From the IMG/VR virus record IMGVR_UViG_3300025909_000005: a stretch of 64,000 bases of DNA. The stretch is one strand, 5' to 3'. Shown here one piece after another: positions 55,562-64,000 of this stretch. The DNA is from a virus (Duplodnaviria; Caudoviricetes). The notes under the pieces were generated by a model. That model worked only from the letters and a program-made list of their open reading frames with translations. It was not told the DNA's origin and searched no databases. The position numbers were made by a program, and so were the translations under genes. Numbering within the stretch: the stretch's first letter is position 1; the number at the start of each line of letters is the position of its first letter.

Positions 55562-56169
55562 CAAGAAAGACAACATACACGCGAGCCCACCCGGGCAAGT
55601 TCGGGCTGGCGATCGACTGGGAGACCAGCGGTTCCAACTTCGGCGGGGACTCCTCGAAGGACTACCAGGGGCTGGCCTTCGGCGCGATCATCTTCGACAC
55701 CACGACCTTCGAACCGGTTGCTGAGCTCTACCGCGAGCTGCACTTCGATGACAAGAAGTACAAGTGGTCAGACGAAGCCGAGAAGATCCATGGCCTATCG
55801 CGTGAGCACCTGAAGGAACATGGTGTTCCTCGTGAGGAGGCGCTCGTTGACCTCCTTGAGCTCGTGATGCAGTACATCGGCACCGAGTCCAAGATCATGT
55901 TCCTTGGCCACAACGTGGACTTTGACATCGACTTCACGGTTCAACTGGCTAACGATCATGGCATCGAGCTGCAGATCCACCACGTCAAGCTCGAGACGTC
56001 AGGCACGGCCTTCATTCTGGCTGGTGTCTATCGTTCGAACGACGTGTTTGAGGCATTCCTCGGTGAGGTACGTGAAGGCAAGCACAACGCTCTTCAAGAT
56101 GCCCACATGGCCCTAGAGGTCGTGCGCAACATGAAGGCGATCTTCGCGGTCGGTTTGGAGAACGGCTGA
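55558..56169 (+). CDS. DEDDh 3'-5' exonuclease (DnaQ-like)
   Basis: IDWETSG, GHNVDFD, HNALQDA. Confidence 0.85.
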   Translation: MTRKTTYTRAHPGKFGLAIDWETSGSNFGGDSSKDYQGLAFGAIIFDTTTFEPVAELYRELHFDDKKYKWSDEAEKIHGLSREHLKEHGVPREEALVDLLELVMQYIGTESKIMFLGHNVDFDIDFTVQLANDHGIELQIHHVKLETSGTAFILAGVYRSNDVFEAFLGEVREGKHNALQDAHMALEVVRNMKAIFAVGLENG

Positions 56170-56255
56170 TGCTTCACGTAACTCTGCTCCTCATTTTCGT
56201 TTTCCTTGCTGGCGTGATTGTTGGCATGGGTATTCTTCAGATCCTCGACAAATGA
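56169..56255 (+). CDS. 28-aa TM peptide
   Basis: TGATG and ATGA coupling on both sides. Confidence 0.5.
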   Translation: MLHVTLLLIFVFLAGVIVGMGILQILDK

Positions 56256-56473
56256 ACGCGCTGAACAAACTCCTCACTACGATCAGTGAGGCGCCCGAGT
56301 CCCAGATCCACCCTGAAATCTGCAAGAAGATCAAGGGCCTGATTGGTTGCCCACCTGAAATCGTTGCCTTCAACCTGAAGGAGATTCGCGACCAGTGCGT
56401 TGCTGAGGCTCTCGCTTCAGGCTTCGCGCTGAACGTCATCAGCGAGACCATCAACATCGCAGAGACCCAGTGA
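56252..56473 (+). CDS. hypothetical protein
   Basis: ATGA overlap. Confidence 0.65.
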   Translation: MNALNKLLTTISEAPESQIHPEICKKIKGLIGCPPEIVAFNLKEIRDQCVAEALASGFALNVISETINIAETQ

Positions 56474-56562
56474 TCTACGACATCATCATTCTCTGCTTCG
56501 AGTCCTTCATGGCCGGTCTTCTCGTGGGGATCGGCGTCACCTACTGGCTTCTACGACCATGA
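56470..56562 (+). CDS. 30-aa TM peptide
   Basis: GTGA and ATGA coupling on both sides. Confidence 0.5.
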   Translation: MIYDIIILCFESFMAGLLVGIGVTYWLLRP

Positions 56563-57086
56563 AACTCATCACAGCACCTGAAGACATCCACAAGTACCGA
56601 GTTACACGCAGTGGGTGGGACGTTCAGCCACGGCCAACTCTCTTTCTTGGCGGCTCTATTGAGCAGGGCAAGGCAGAGTTCTGGCAGGACGCCGTCGCTG
56701 AATCGTTGAAGGACGAGAGCATTCTCCTCTTCAACCCACGTCGGCAGGAATGGGATGAACTTGCAGACGAGAAGTTCATTCGTGCTCAGATCCGTTGGGA
56801 ACTAGCTGCTCTTGAAGAGAGCGACGCAGTCCTGATCTACCTTCAGCCTGGCACCCTCTCGCCGATTAGTATGCTCGAGTTTGGCTTGTATGCCCGGGCT
56901 CCACGACGGAAGCTCGTAGTCGTCTGCCCTCCAGGTTTCTGGCGCAGAACGAACATCGAGGAGACTGCAGCTCGCTTCGGCATTCCACTCTACGACACGA
57001 TCGATGAAGGTGTGAAGAAGGCGGCAGAGCTGGCGAAGATCAACTACATCCATGACAACGACTGGGCTGGCCCGCTCTATGACTGA
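56559..57086 (+). CDS. nucleoside 2-deoxyribosyltransferase-like protein
   Basis: LFLGGSI, WQ, FNPRR, QIRWEL, SPISMLEFGL. Confidence 0.78.
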   Translation: MKLITAPEDIHKYRVTRSGWDVQPRPTLFLGGSIEQGKAEFWQDAVAESLKDESILLFNPRRQEWDELADEKFIRAQIRWELAALEESDAVLIYLQPGTLSPISMLEFGLYARAPRRKLVVVCPPGFWRRTNIEETAARFGIPLYDTIDEGVKKAAELAKINYIHDNDWAGPLYD

Positions 57087-57267
57087 CGACACCCCAACTG
57101 ACACCTACATCTACGATGACCTCGAGGTGAAGACGACGGGCCGTACCGCGTCGAAGGACCTGCCTGGTGGAAAGAAGGCGGTGATGCACGAAATCACCCC
57201 GCTTGACCAAGATCAAGGCACATGGAAGAAGTGGGTCAACCTGGCTGCGCTGTTCCGAATTCAGTGA
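57079..57267 (+). CDS. hypothetical protein
   Basis: ATG overlapping upstream end. Confidence 0.6.
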   Translation: MTDDTPTDTYIYDDLEVKTTGRTASKDLPGGKKAVMHEITPLDQDQGTWKKWVNLAALFRIQ

Positions 57268-57301
57268 ACACGGCCATGGTAGAGTGGCTTATAATGGGGG
57301 T

Positions 57302-57538
57302 ATGACACGTTATACCAACCTCACAGCCGTCCAGTTGTTCATGTTGGCGATCCTCATGTCGCTTCTAACCGCAGTCTTGGTGTCCATAAATACCTGGTAC
57401 ATGGACTACCGAATGCTGCCCATGGTCTACAAGGACGCCGCTGGTACCTGCCTCAAGGTCGAAAACCTCGAGAACGGCCAGGCCTTCAACTGCAATGACG
57501 TCAACGTAACCCTGAGGCGGTACAAAACCGCCAAGTGA
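57302..57538 (+). CDS. membrane-anchored small protein, predicted leaderless
   Basis: GTGAACACG-N17-TATAAT(57290-95)-gggggt-ATG. Confidence 0.65.
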   Translation: MTRYTNLTAVQLFMLAILMSLLTAVLVSINTWYMDYRMLPMVYKDAAGTCLKVENLENGQAFNCNDVNVTLRRYKTAK

Positions 57539-58668
57539 AAAAGTACCTTCGACTTACCTGCACCATCTGCAAGCGCAGCATCGACAAGCTCGTCGATCTG
57601 ACGCACTACGCGCCTGACGAATGCACGATCACCCTCAACTGCGAGGGTCGCCTGCTTCCGATCGAGTACCGCTCGAACGCGGAGATTGCCGTCGCGCCAG
57701 CCCTCGGTGTCACCGACTGGCGTCCACGCGGCACGAAGGTCTTCAACTCACCGACGGACACGAATCCAAACCTGATCGCACTGGAGACGGGAACTCTCAA
57801 GCAGCTTACGCTGGGCGTAGCTCTTGCCTCTGATCCTGGTGAAGGTGCCACACACAACGTGACCTTCTCAGTTCGCGCTGACACACCGAAGGCCTATCGT
57901 CAGTATGTCTACCGCATGGACCAGTCGTTCGACTCAGTCGCTGGCGTTGAGAGCGGGCTGGAGAAGAAGTCACTGCGGTTCACCGCCTACGGCGCCAACC
58001 CAGACCTGGTCGAGGTCTACGTCAACGGCGTGAAGCGCGCTGAAGGCACAGGACCCGACGACTACCAGGTGTACAACGGTTCGAACGGCATCCTGCCAAA
58101 CACAATCAAGTTCAACTCCTCGATCGTTCAGGCAGGCATCACACAGGTCGACGTCATCGTCTCAAAGGAGCAGGCGTCGAACGACGTTACGCTCACGTTC
58201 ACTCGCAACGCGCTCGATGAATCGCGTGTAGGAACCGGCGCCTACGAGAACGTCTCGTACGTCGATCGCTTCGATGAAACGCTGGCAGCTCCGCACCAGC
58301 GCCGCTACTACCTCTTCCACCTTGACCTAGACACGGCAACCCAACTGTCGCTGAACTCCATTCTCGTTTCACCGTCGACGAACACCGATGCGATCTTCCT
58401 GCTGGCACGCTCACCGTACAGCACGCTCGATCGTTACACGGACCTCGTCGTTGAGCTGTCAGGCATGGATGAGGAACGCGACTACATCAAGTTCTATGCC
58501 GTGAACTCCGTCACCACTGCTCGCGTCACACAAACCGCGATCTCAACGATCTACCCACCGCTGACACTCGGCAAGTTCGTTGTCGAGAAGACGATCAAGA
58601 CCCAACTCCCAGGAGTTACGGAGCAGATCACCATCGACGGTGCGGTCATCACAGGACCAGACGCATGA
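57535..58668 (+). CDS. putative virion structural protein
   Basis: TAAATA at 57387-92; N-terminal CxxC...C..C; VEVYVNGV beta-sandwich-like segment. Confidence 0.6.
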   Translation: MKKYLRLTCTICKRSIDKLVDLTHYAPDECTITLNCEGRLLPIEYRSNAEIAVAPALGVTDWRPRGTKVFNSPTDTNPNLIALETGTLKQLTLGVALASDPGEGATHNVTFSVRADTPKAYRQYVYRMDQSFDSVAGVESGLEKKSLRFTAYGANPDLVEVYVNGVKRAEGTGPDDYQVYNGSNGILPNTIKFNSSIVQAGITQVDVIVSKEQASNDVTLTFTRNALDESRVGTGAYENVSYVDRFDETLAAPHQRRYYLFHLDLDTATQLSLNSILVSPSTNTDAIFLLARSPYSTLDRYTDLVVELSGMDEERDYIKFYAVNSVTTARVTQTAISTIYPPLTLGKFVVEKTIKTQLPGVTEQITIDGAVITGPDA

Positions 58669-59120
58669 TCAATCCCCCAACCGACTGCTTCTTTGTCATT
58701 CAGCTTCACGGTGAAGCTGCTGAGTACGTGGCTAGCACGCTCTCGGAAAGCACGCTCTCTGACATTCGCGAAGCCGTCATGATCTCTGAGGACTTCTCCA
58801 ACGACATCGCAGCGGAGGTCAGCATGGACAACGCCGTGCTGAATGTCAAGAACTCCCTGATGGGTGAAGTTGAGGAGCTGATCACGATGAATCCTCTTTA
58901 CATTCCCTCTGGTCCCGACGCCATTCGTGACGTGCTTGACGGCGACTTCAAGTCGGACACGTTGAAGTTCACCGGCATGGATGGCAACCCCTTCACGCTC
59001 AAGACGACCAGCCTGACGTCGAACGACCAGGGCGTGCTTGAGGCCAAGGTTGCCTGCAAGCCGTTCGAGCTGCCGTCCTACGAGGACATCATTGCTGGTC
59101 AAACGAAGGGGCTCAACTGA
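58665..59120 (+). CDS. hypothetical protein
   Basis: ATGA overlap. Confidence 0.7.
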   Translation: MINPPTDCFFVIQLHGEAAEYVASTLSESTLSDIREAVMISEDFSNDIAAEVSMDNAVLNVKNSLMGEVEELITMNPLYIPSGPDAIRDVLDGDFKSDTLKFTGMDGNPFTLKTTSLTSNDQGVLEAKVACKPFELPSYEDIIAGQTKGLN

Positions 59121-59512
59121 TGGACATCACGCAGTTCGACTTCGCGTACAACGCGACGATCAAGATCAGTGAGGTTGGTGCTTCAAAGGCGCTGGCCCTG
59201 TTCCCTGGCGTGACGGATGTTTCGCTGAACTCTCGCACCTTCTCCACCTACGTCGAGTGCGCCAACAGCGTCAAGCACCTGATGGAAGACGTGGCACGAG
59301 CCGCAAGCAATGAAACAATCGAGTTCGCTGTCACCAGCGAGATTAACCCAGCCCACACAGGTGTTGAGACCCGCTCAAAGGACTGGGCTGACGATGAGGT
59401 CGCGCGCCTCTGGCTCTTTGACAAGAGCTTCGAAGGAAAGCTGGCAATTCACGCGGTTGGTCAAGCTCGCATCTTCGCGATGGACAAGATCGACAGCGTA
59501 ACGATCAACTGA
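59120..59512 (+). CDS. hypothetical protein
   Basis: TGATG coupling. Confidence 0.7.
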   Translation: MDITQFDFAYNATIKISEVGASKALALFPGVTDVSLNSRTFSTYVECANSVKHLMEDVARAASNETIEFAVTSEINPAHTGVETRSKDWADDEVARLWLFDKSFEGKLAIHAVGQARIFAMDKIDSVTIN

Positions 59513-59701
59513 TCATTCTTGCGAGTTGTAGATCTCGTCAGAGACCGCCTCTTCACGGGCCCAGGCGATGAGCTCATCGAGCTGCTTCCGTCGCTCCAGG
59601 CTGTCTCCACAGATTGCGTCGTAAAGCTCTTCCATCTGCTTGACTTCGGCTGCCTTCGTCTTCCAGAAAGCGAGCGCGTGGACAGGGTGCATGCCTTGCA
59701 T
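59513..59701 (-). CDS. hypothetical protein
   Basis: MQGMHPVH..., TGATG-coupled to the upstream minus-strand gene. Confidence 0.6.
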   Translation of the reverse strand: MQGMHPVHALAFWKTKAAEVKQMEELYDAICGDSLERRKQLDELIAWAREEAVSDEIYNSQE

Positions 59702-59850
59702 CAGAAACTCCAAAGAACCGAAGTATGTTCCAGACCGCCGCACACGATGTAGTGTTGCGCGACCTGAGTGTGCGAGATCCGATCCCACCAGGCTTCGCGC
59801 CAGGCTTCTTCACAGGAGATTCGCGCTTGCTGGATGAGGGTTTCGTTCAT
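59701..59850 (-). CDS. 49-aa protein, predicted leaderless
   Basis: Minus strand TATAAT(59861-56)-gaatc-ATG; MNETLIQQAR...; absent from ORF track. Confidence 0.55.
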   Translation of the reverse strand: MNETLIQQARISCEEAWREAWWDRISHTQVAQHYIVCGGLEHTSVLWSF

Positions 59851-59925
59851 GATTCATTATACACACTTTCCACAGGTTTGTGTCATGGTACAATGTAACA
59901 ATCAACCAGCCAACAAGAGGACAAA

Positions 59926-60258
59926 ATGGCAAAAGACCTGACTGGACAGTCAACCAAGTTCCGTGAAATCAAGGAAATCATGGAGCAGCCTTCGATGAAG
60001 GCACTCCTTAGCTCCTTCGTCGATGAAGCGGTCAAGTGCAAGCACAAGATCTCTCACGAACAGGAGAGCATCAAGGGACTGCGTGACAACGCCCTCGATC
60101 AGCTGGGTCTCAAGCCAGCGGTGTTCAATGCGTATGTCGCGATGGTCTACAACAACGACTACGTCCAGCGCAAGGACAAGCTCGAAGAGCTCATCGACCT
60201 CTGTGACTACGTCATGGAAGAGAACAACCTACTACCTGGCCCGCGTGCCGACGACTGA
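59926..60258 (+). CDS. T4 DsbA-like dsDNA-binding protein
   Basis: LSSFVDEAVKCKHKISHEQESIKGLRDNALDQLGLKPAVFN parallels recalled T4 DsbA LAKFIKEASDHKLKISGYNELIKDIRIRAKDELGVDGKMFN. Confidence 0.7.
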   Translation: MAKDLTGQSTKFREIKEIMEQPSMKALLSSFVDEAVKCKHKISHEQESIKGLRDNALDQLGLKPAVFNAYVAMVYNNDYVQRKDKLEELIDLCDYVMEENNLLPGPRADD

Positions 60259-60266
60259 GGAATCAC

Positions 60267-60557
60267 ATGACTGACAAGACTGCAATCGAAGCCAAGATCC
60301 GTGGCGCCATTCCATACATCATGCAGGCCATCGATGACGTGCGTGAACAGAATCCAGGAACGACCATCAAGCTGATGGTGGCAGCTGAGAATCCAGATGG
60401 GTCGGGCAAGGTGGCCTTCCGCATGGACACGGCTGAGTTCATGGAGGACATTGCCAAGCTCGTCGGCTACGAGCGTCCCTCTATCGAGGAAAAGGCCCGC
60501 TTCTTTGTTGAGAAGCACGGTCTAACCGTCGTTCGCGCAGAAGATCTCGATGCCTAA
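60267..60557 (+). CDS. hypothetical protein
   Basis: GAGG SD. Confidence 0.7.
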   Translation: MTDKTAIEAKIRGAIPYIMQAIDDVREQNPGTTIKLMVAAENPDGSGKVAFRMDTAEFMEDIAKLVGYERPSIEEKARFFVEKHGLTVVRAEDLDA

Positions 60558-60741
60558 GGAGCTGAGCGGACGCGCGTTCCGCTACCTGCACTGCCAGCAC
60601 AGGAACATGCAGTCCTTCACGGAGTGCTGCCTCGACTGCGGCGAGAACATCTGGACCACGGTGGCAGAGATTGAGAGGCAGGAGCAGCAGAAGCAGGAAC
60701 AGGTAGACGAACGAGCAGGGTGGAATGATGGACCGTGGTGA
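60550..60741 (+). CDS. small Zn-ribbon-like protein
   Basis: CQH...CCLDC. Confidence 0.6.
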   Translation: MPKELSGRAFRYLHCQHRNMQSFTECCLDCGENIWTTVAEIERQEQQKQEQVDERAGWNDGPW

Positions 60742-61033
60742 AATCGTTGAACGCGTCATGCGCCTCGGAGCATATCGCGACCACACTTTCCAGGAACTTT
60801 GGACCATAGCTGAGAGGCAGCTCGCTGCTCGTCCAAAGGATGACGACGTCGTGCCAATCTACAAGAATCTTGAGGATTGGTTTACAGGTTCGACATTCCA
60901 CTACGCTTTCACGTACATCAGTAACAAGCTCACTGTGATTCGGATCGATGATCCAAGTCATGCAAAGCTCGTCTCTTGGAGACGAGGACTAACGATTTGG
61001 CCCGTGGTTGAACTCGCGCGCAAACGGTCGTAA
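60725..61033 (+). CDS. hypothetical protein
   Basis: ORF in operon. Confidence 0.6.
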   Translation: MMDRGEIVERVMRLGAYRDHTFQELWTIAERQLAARPKDDDVVPIYKNLEDWFTGSTFHYAFTYISNKLTVIRIDDPSHAKLVSWRRGLTIWPVVELARKRS

Positions 61034-61101
61034 ATACACACGTGCGAGAAGCACGTTCAAGCATGGTCGCAGCGCCTTAAAAGGCTGCACACTGGAGAAG
61101 A

Positions 61102-63945
61102 ATGACACAAGCCAACTACGTAGGATCCTACTACGATTGGGACACGGATGCGGTGATGATCTGGGAACGCGATGAGAATGGTGTTCGCTCGGTCAAGCCC
61201 TACTACGCTCCCTACTATTTCTACGTCCCTGATGAAGACGGTGAGTACACCGCGATCGACCGCCGCAAGCTGAAGAAGCTGGTGTTCGACAACAAGGACG
61301 AGTTCAACCAAGCCACGAAGCAGTACGATCGCCGTGATCGCTACGAGAGCGACATCGCCCCGATGTTTCGCGTGCTCATGGACGAGTACTACGATCTCCC
61401 AACCCCCGTCGTCCACTACGCGTTCCTCGACATTGAGGTCGACTACAACTCGAAGCTCGGCTTCTCATCACCTGAGAACCCATACGCGCCCATCAACGCC
61501 ATCACGATCTACCAGTCGTGGTCGAAGCGCTACATCACGTACGCGGTCCCGCCGAAGAAGTGGAAGGGTGGTGAGACGTTCAGTGCCGACATCGCGAAGC
61601 TCTGGGAAGAGCACAAGCTTGGCTTCAAGCCAGAGGTCGTGCTGTGTGAAGACGAGGCGCAGCTCCTAACGTACATGATCCGAGACATTCAAGACTCGGA
61701 CATCATCTCAGGCTGGAACTCAGAGTTCTTCGACCTTCCGTACATCATGAAGCGGCTCGAGATCGTGCTGCCGAAGCTGATGCACAAGATGAACTTCATT
61801 GGCTGCCGCCCTGCTCGCATGTCAACGGTTGAGAGGTTTGGTTCCCCGCAGATCGTCTACGCGCTCAATGGCCGTACCCACCTCGACTACCTGGACCTCT
61901 TCAAGAAGTTCACGTTCGAAGGTCGTACGTCCTACTCCCTCGCGAACATCGCAGGTGACGAGCTCGATATCCCGAAGCTGCACTACGATGGCACCCTCGA
62001 GCAGCTCTACAACCGTGACTTTGCCCACTTCGTGGCGTACAACGCCCGAGACGTTGAAGTTCTGGTGAAGCTCGACGACAAGTTCAAGTTCATCGCCCTC
62101 GTGAACCAGATGGCCCACGAGAACACCGTTCCGTTTGCAGCAATGCTGGGCACGGTGCGCTACGTTGAAACGGGCATCACGAATCGTGCCCACTACGTTC
62201 ACGGTCTCCGCGTTCCAGACAAGATGATTCTGAACGACGGCATTCCTGTTGAAGGTGCCCTTGTCCTCTCACCGAAGGTTGGTCTCCACGACTGGCTCGG
62301 TTCGGTCGACATCAACTCGCTGTACCCATCCGTCATTCGAGCACTCAACATCTCGCCTGAGATGTTCCGTGGTCAGTTCGAACGTGAAGGTGACGCGTGG
62401 CGCGGCATCATGGAGATGTCTGAAGAGACGTTCAACTTCGTCTCTCGTGACGGTGAACCGCTGTCCATGACGGGCGAAGAGTGGTGGATGTGGCTCATCG
62501 AGCGCAAGTACGTCATCACCGCGTTCGGCACCGTCTTCGATCAGAGCCAGGGTCTCGGCATCGTCCCAGAAGCTATCGCCTTCTGGTACTCGGAACGTAA
62601 GCGTCTTCAAGCAGAAAAGAAGAAGTACCAGGTCCTGCTCAAGGAGTGTACCGACGACGTAGAGAAGTCTCGTCTGAAGAAGCTCGTCGAGCACTACGAC
62701 CTGCTCCAGCTCACGAAGAAGATTCAGCTGAACTCCACCTACGGTGCTCTGCTGTCTCCACACTTCCGCCTGGGTCGCAAGGAAATGGGTGCGTCTGTTA
62801 CAGCTTGCGGTCGTCAGATCACGACGAACATGATGCAGTGGATTGGCGAGCTTGTCACAGGCCAGCCAACGAAGATCATTCGCACCATGCTCGTTGACCC
62901 GTACAACCCGAAAGCGGGCTACCGGTCAACAATCGACGGCAAGGAGATCACGCAGGAGCAACGGTACGAGGAAGTCGTGGTGAAGGGTGGGGCTCGAGCT
63001 CTCGCCATCATCAAGCCGAAGAAGACTGCGGGCTCAGCGCACGACGATGAAGGTCAACACAACGACCACAACGGTGTTCTCTACGAGTCCAACAACCCGG
63101 TCATTCTGCTCTCTGACACTGACTCATGCTACTTCAAGACGCAGGCACCCACGAAGCAGGAGGCGATCGAGGTCGCTGATGCTGTGGCCGAGGAGGTGAA
63201 CGACATGTTCCCTGCTGCCATGCGAAAGTGGTTCAACTGCCAGCCAGGCCATGATGACCTCATCAAGGCAGGCCGTGAAATCGTTGGCTCACGTGGCCTC
63301 TTCCTGAACGCGAAGAAGAAGTACACCATCAAGGTGATGAACCTCGATGGCTTCGACATCGAGGGCGGCAAGCTCAAGACCGTCGGTTCGGAGATGAAGA
63401 AGGCCGATACACCGAAGGTCATTCAAGACTTCCTGAAGACGATGATGGACATCATCCTAGACGGTGGCACGTACGCTGACGTCGAGAAGTATGTCAATGA
63501 GCAGCGAGGAGTTCTCATCACGAAGATCGAGAACCCAGTCGCACTCGGTACCGCGAAGTCAATCAACAACCTCGACTCGCTCTACGCCGAATGGCAGAGG
63601 ACTGAGAAGATCGGCAAGGGAAAGGTGACACTCCCAGGCCACGTACGAGCCGCCATCAACTACAACGAGATGGTGCAGAAGTTTAACACGGGTGAGAAGC
63701 TCATGCGAGCTGGTGACAAGGGTCTCGTGTTCTACCTGAAGCCGAACGACTTTAAGCTCAAGTCGATCGCCTTCCCCGCGGACATCGACCGCTTCCCTGA
63801 CTGGTTCACGGAGAACTTCCGGCTGGACAAGCCACTGACAGAGCAGAAGATGATTGACAACAAGCTTGAAGGAACGTTTGAGGCACTCAATTGGGAGATC
63901 CCTACGCCACAGAAGACGTTCGTTAAGAAGATGCTGGAGTTTTAA
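61102..63945 (+). CDS. family B DNA polymerase (T4 gp43-like)
   Basis: ExoI LDIEVD, ExoII GWNSEFFDLPY, ExoIII YNARDV, DINSLYPS, KKIQLNSTYG, SDTDS, KKKY. Confidence 0.95.
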   Translation: MTQANYVGSYYDWDTDAVMIWERDENGVRSVKPYYAPYYFYVPDEDGEYTAIDRRKLKKLVFDNKDEFNQATKQYDRRDRYESDIAPMFRVLMDEYYDLPTPVVHYAFLDIEVDYNSKLGFSSPENPYAPINAITIYQSWSKRYITYAVPPKKWKGGETFSADIAKLWEEHKLGFKPEVVLCEDEAQLLTYMIRDIQDSDIISGWNSEFFDLPYIMKRLEIVLPKLMHKMNFIGCRPARMSTVERFGSPQIVYALNGRTHLDYLDLFKKFTFEGRTSYSLANIAGDELDIPKLHYDGTLEQLYNRDFAHFVAYNARDVEVLVKLDDKFKFIALVNQMAHENTVPFAAMLGTVRYVETGITNRAHYVHGLRVPDKMILNDGIPVEGALVLSPKVGLHDWLGSVDINSLYPSVIRALNISPEMFRGQFEREGDAWRGIMEMSEETFNFVSRDGEPLSMTGEEWWMWLIERKYVITAFGTVFDQSQGLGIVPEAIAFWYSERKRLQAEKKKYQVLLKECTDDVEKSRLKKLVEHYDLLQLTKKIQLNSTYGALLSPHFRLGRKEMGASVTACGRQITTNMMQWIGELVTGQPTKIIRTMLVDPYNPKAGYRSTIDGKEITQEQRYEEVVVKGGARALAIIKPKKTAGSAHDDEGQHNDHNGVLYESNNPVILLSDTDSCYFKTQAPTKQEAIEVADAVAEEVNDMFPAAMRKWFNCQPGHDDLIKAGREIVGSRGLFLNAKKKYTIKVMNLDGFDIEGGKLKTVGSEMKKADTPKVIQDFLKTMMDIILDGGTYADVEKYVNEQRGVLITKIENPVALGTAKSINNLDSLYAEWQRTEKIGKGKVTLPGHVRAAINYNEMVQKFNTGEKLMRAGDKGLVFYLKPNDFKLKSIAFPADIDRFPDWFTENFRLDKPLTEQKMIDNKLEGTFEALNWEIPTPQKTFVKKMLEF

Positions 63946-63946
63946 A

Positions 63947-64000
63947 ATGAAGATCACCACTCGTAACAAGAAGAAGCCAGAAGCCCCAAAGAACTGGCCA
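63947..64000 (+). CDS. start of a gene (3' truncated by window)
   Basis: GGAG SD, ATG, frame open to window end. Confidence 0.5.
   Translation, partial: MKITTRNKKKPEAPKNWP

Noticed and set aside
11261-61036. Treating every TAAATA as a late promoter
   Set aside because: A 6-mer can occur by chance. Intergenic copies shortly upstream of SD-bearing genes were kept; 57387 (inside a CDS) and 61031 (before the polymerase) remain doubtful
61102-63945. Intein or intron in polymerase, topoisomerase or ThyA
   Set aside because: No C/S...HN splice motifs, no LAGLIDADG/HNH/GIY-YIG ORFs, and reading frames are continuous

Overview
A 64-kb gene-dense segment of a large lytic dsDNA phage with distantly T4-like machinery, probably a jumbo myophage. 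GC is roughly 55-60% by eye. A PagL-like gene points to a Gram-negative, probably proteobacterial host; this is inference. About 120 mostly + strand CDSs. Replication genes: type II topoisomerase large (gp39+60-like) and gp52-like subunits, family B DNA polymerase, DsbA-like protein, DEDDh exonuclease. Nucleotide enzymes: ThyA, three P-loop kinases, two NUDIX hydrolases, a UDG-like and an NDT-like protein. RNA-repair and ADP-ribose enzymes: Rnl1, Tpt1/KptA, macrodomain, SLOG, PTH2-like. Also DnaJ, ClpP, PhoH, a block of tail/fibre genes (25.1-36.7 kb) and many small early membrane proteins. Two promoter classes can be read from the sequence: sigma70-like (often TGTACA/T-N16-17-TATAAT) and T4-late-like TAAATA. 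Top leads: (1) a T4 beta-glucosyltransferase-like enzyme two genes from a UDP-galactopyranose mutase, amid nucleotide-handling genes, a candidate DNA furanosylation system; (2) at least 11 genes, including both topoisomerase subunits, whose ATG lies 5-6 nt after the -10 box, predicting leaderless mRNAs; (3) a phage PagL lipid A deacylase; (4) a SprT protease domain inserted inside an AAA ATPase; (5) a late promoter/anti-SD hairpin switch on a small envelope operon. No tRNA, CRISPR array, intron, intein or transposase could be supported. All protein assignments come from motif recognition by eye, without database searches.
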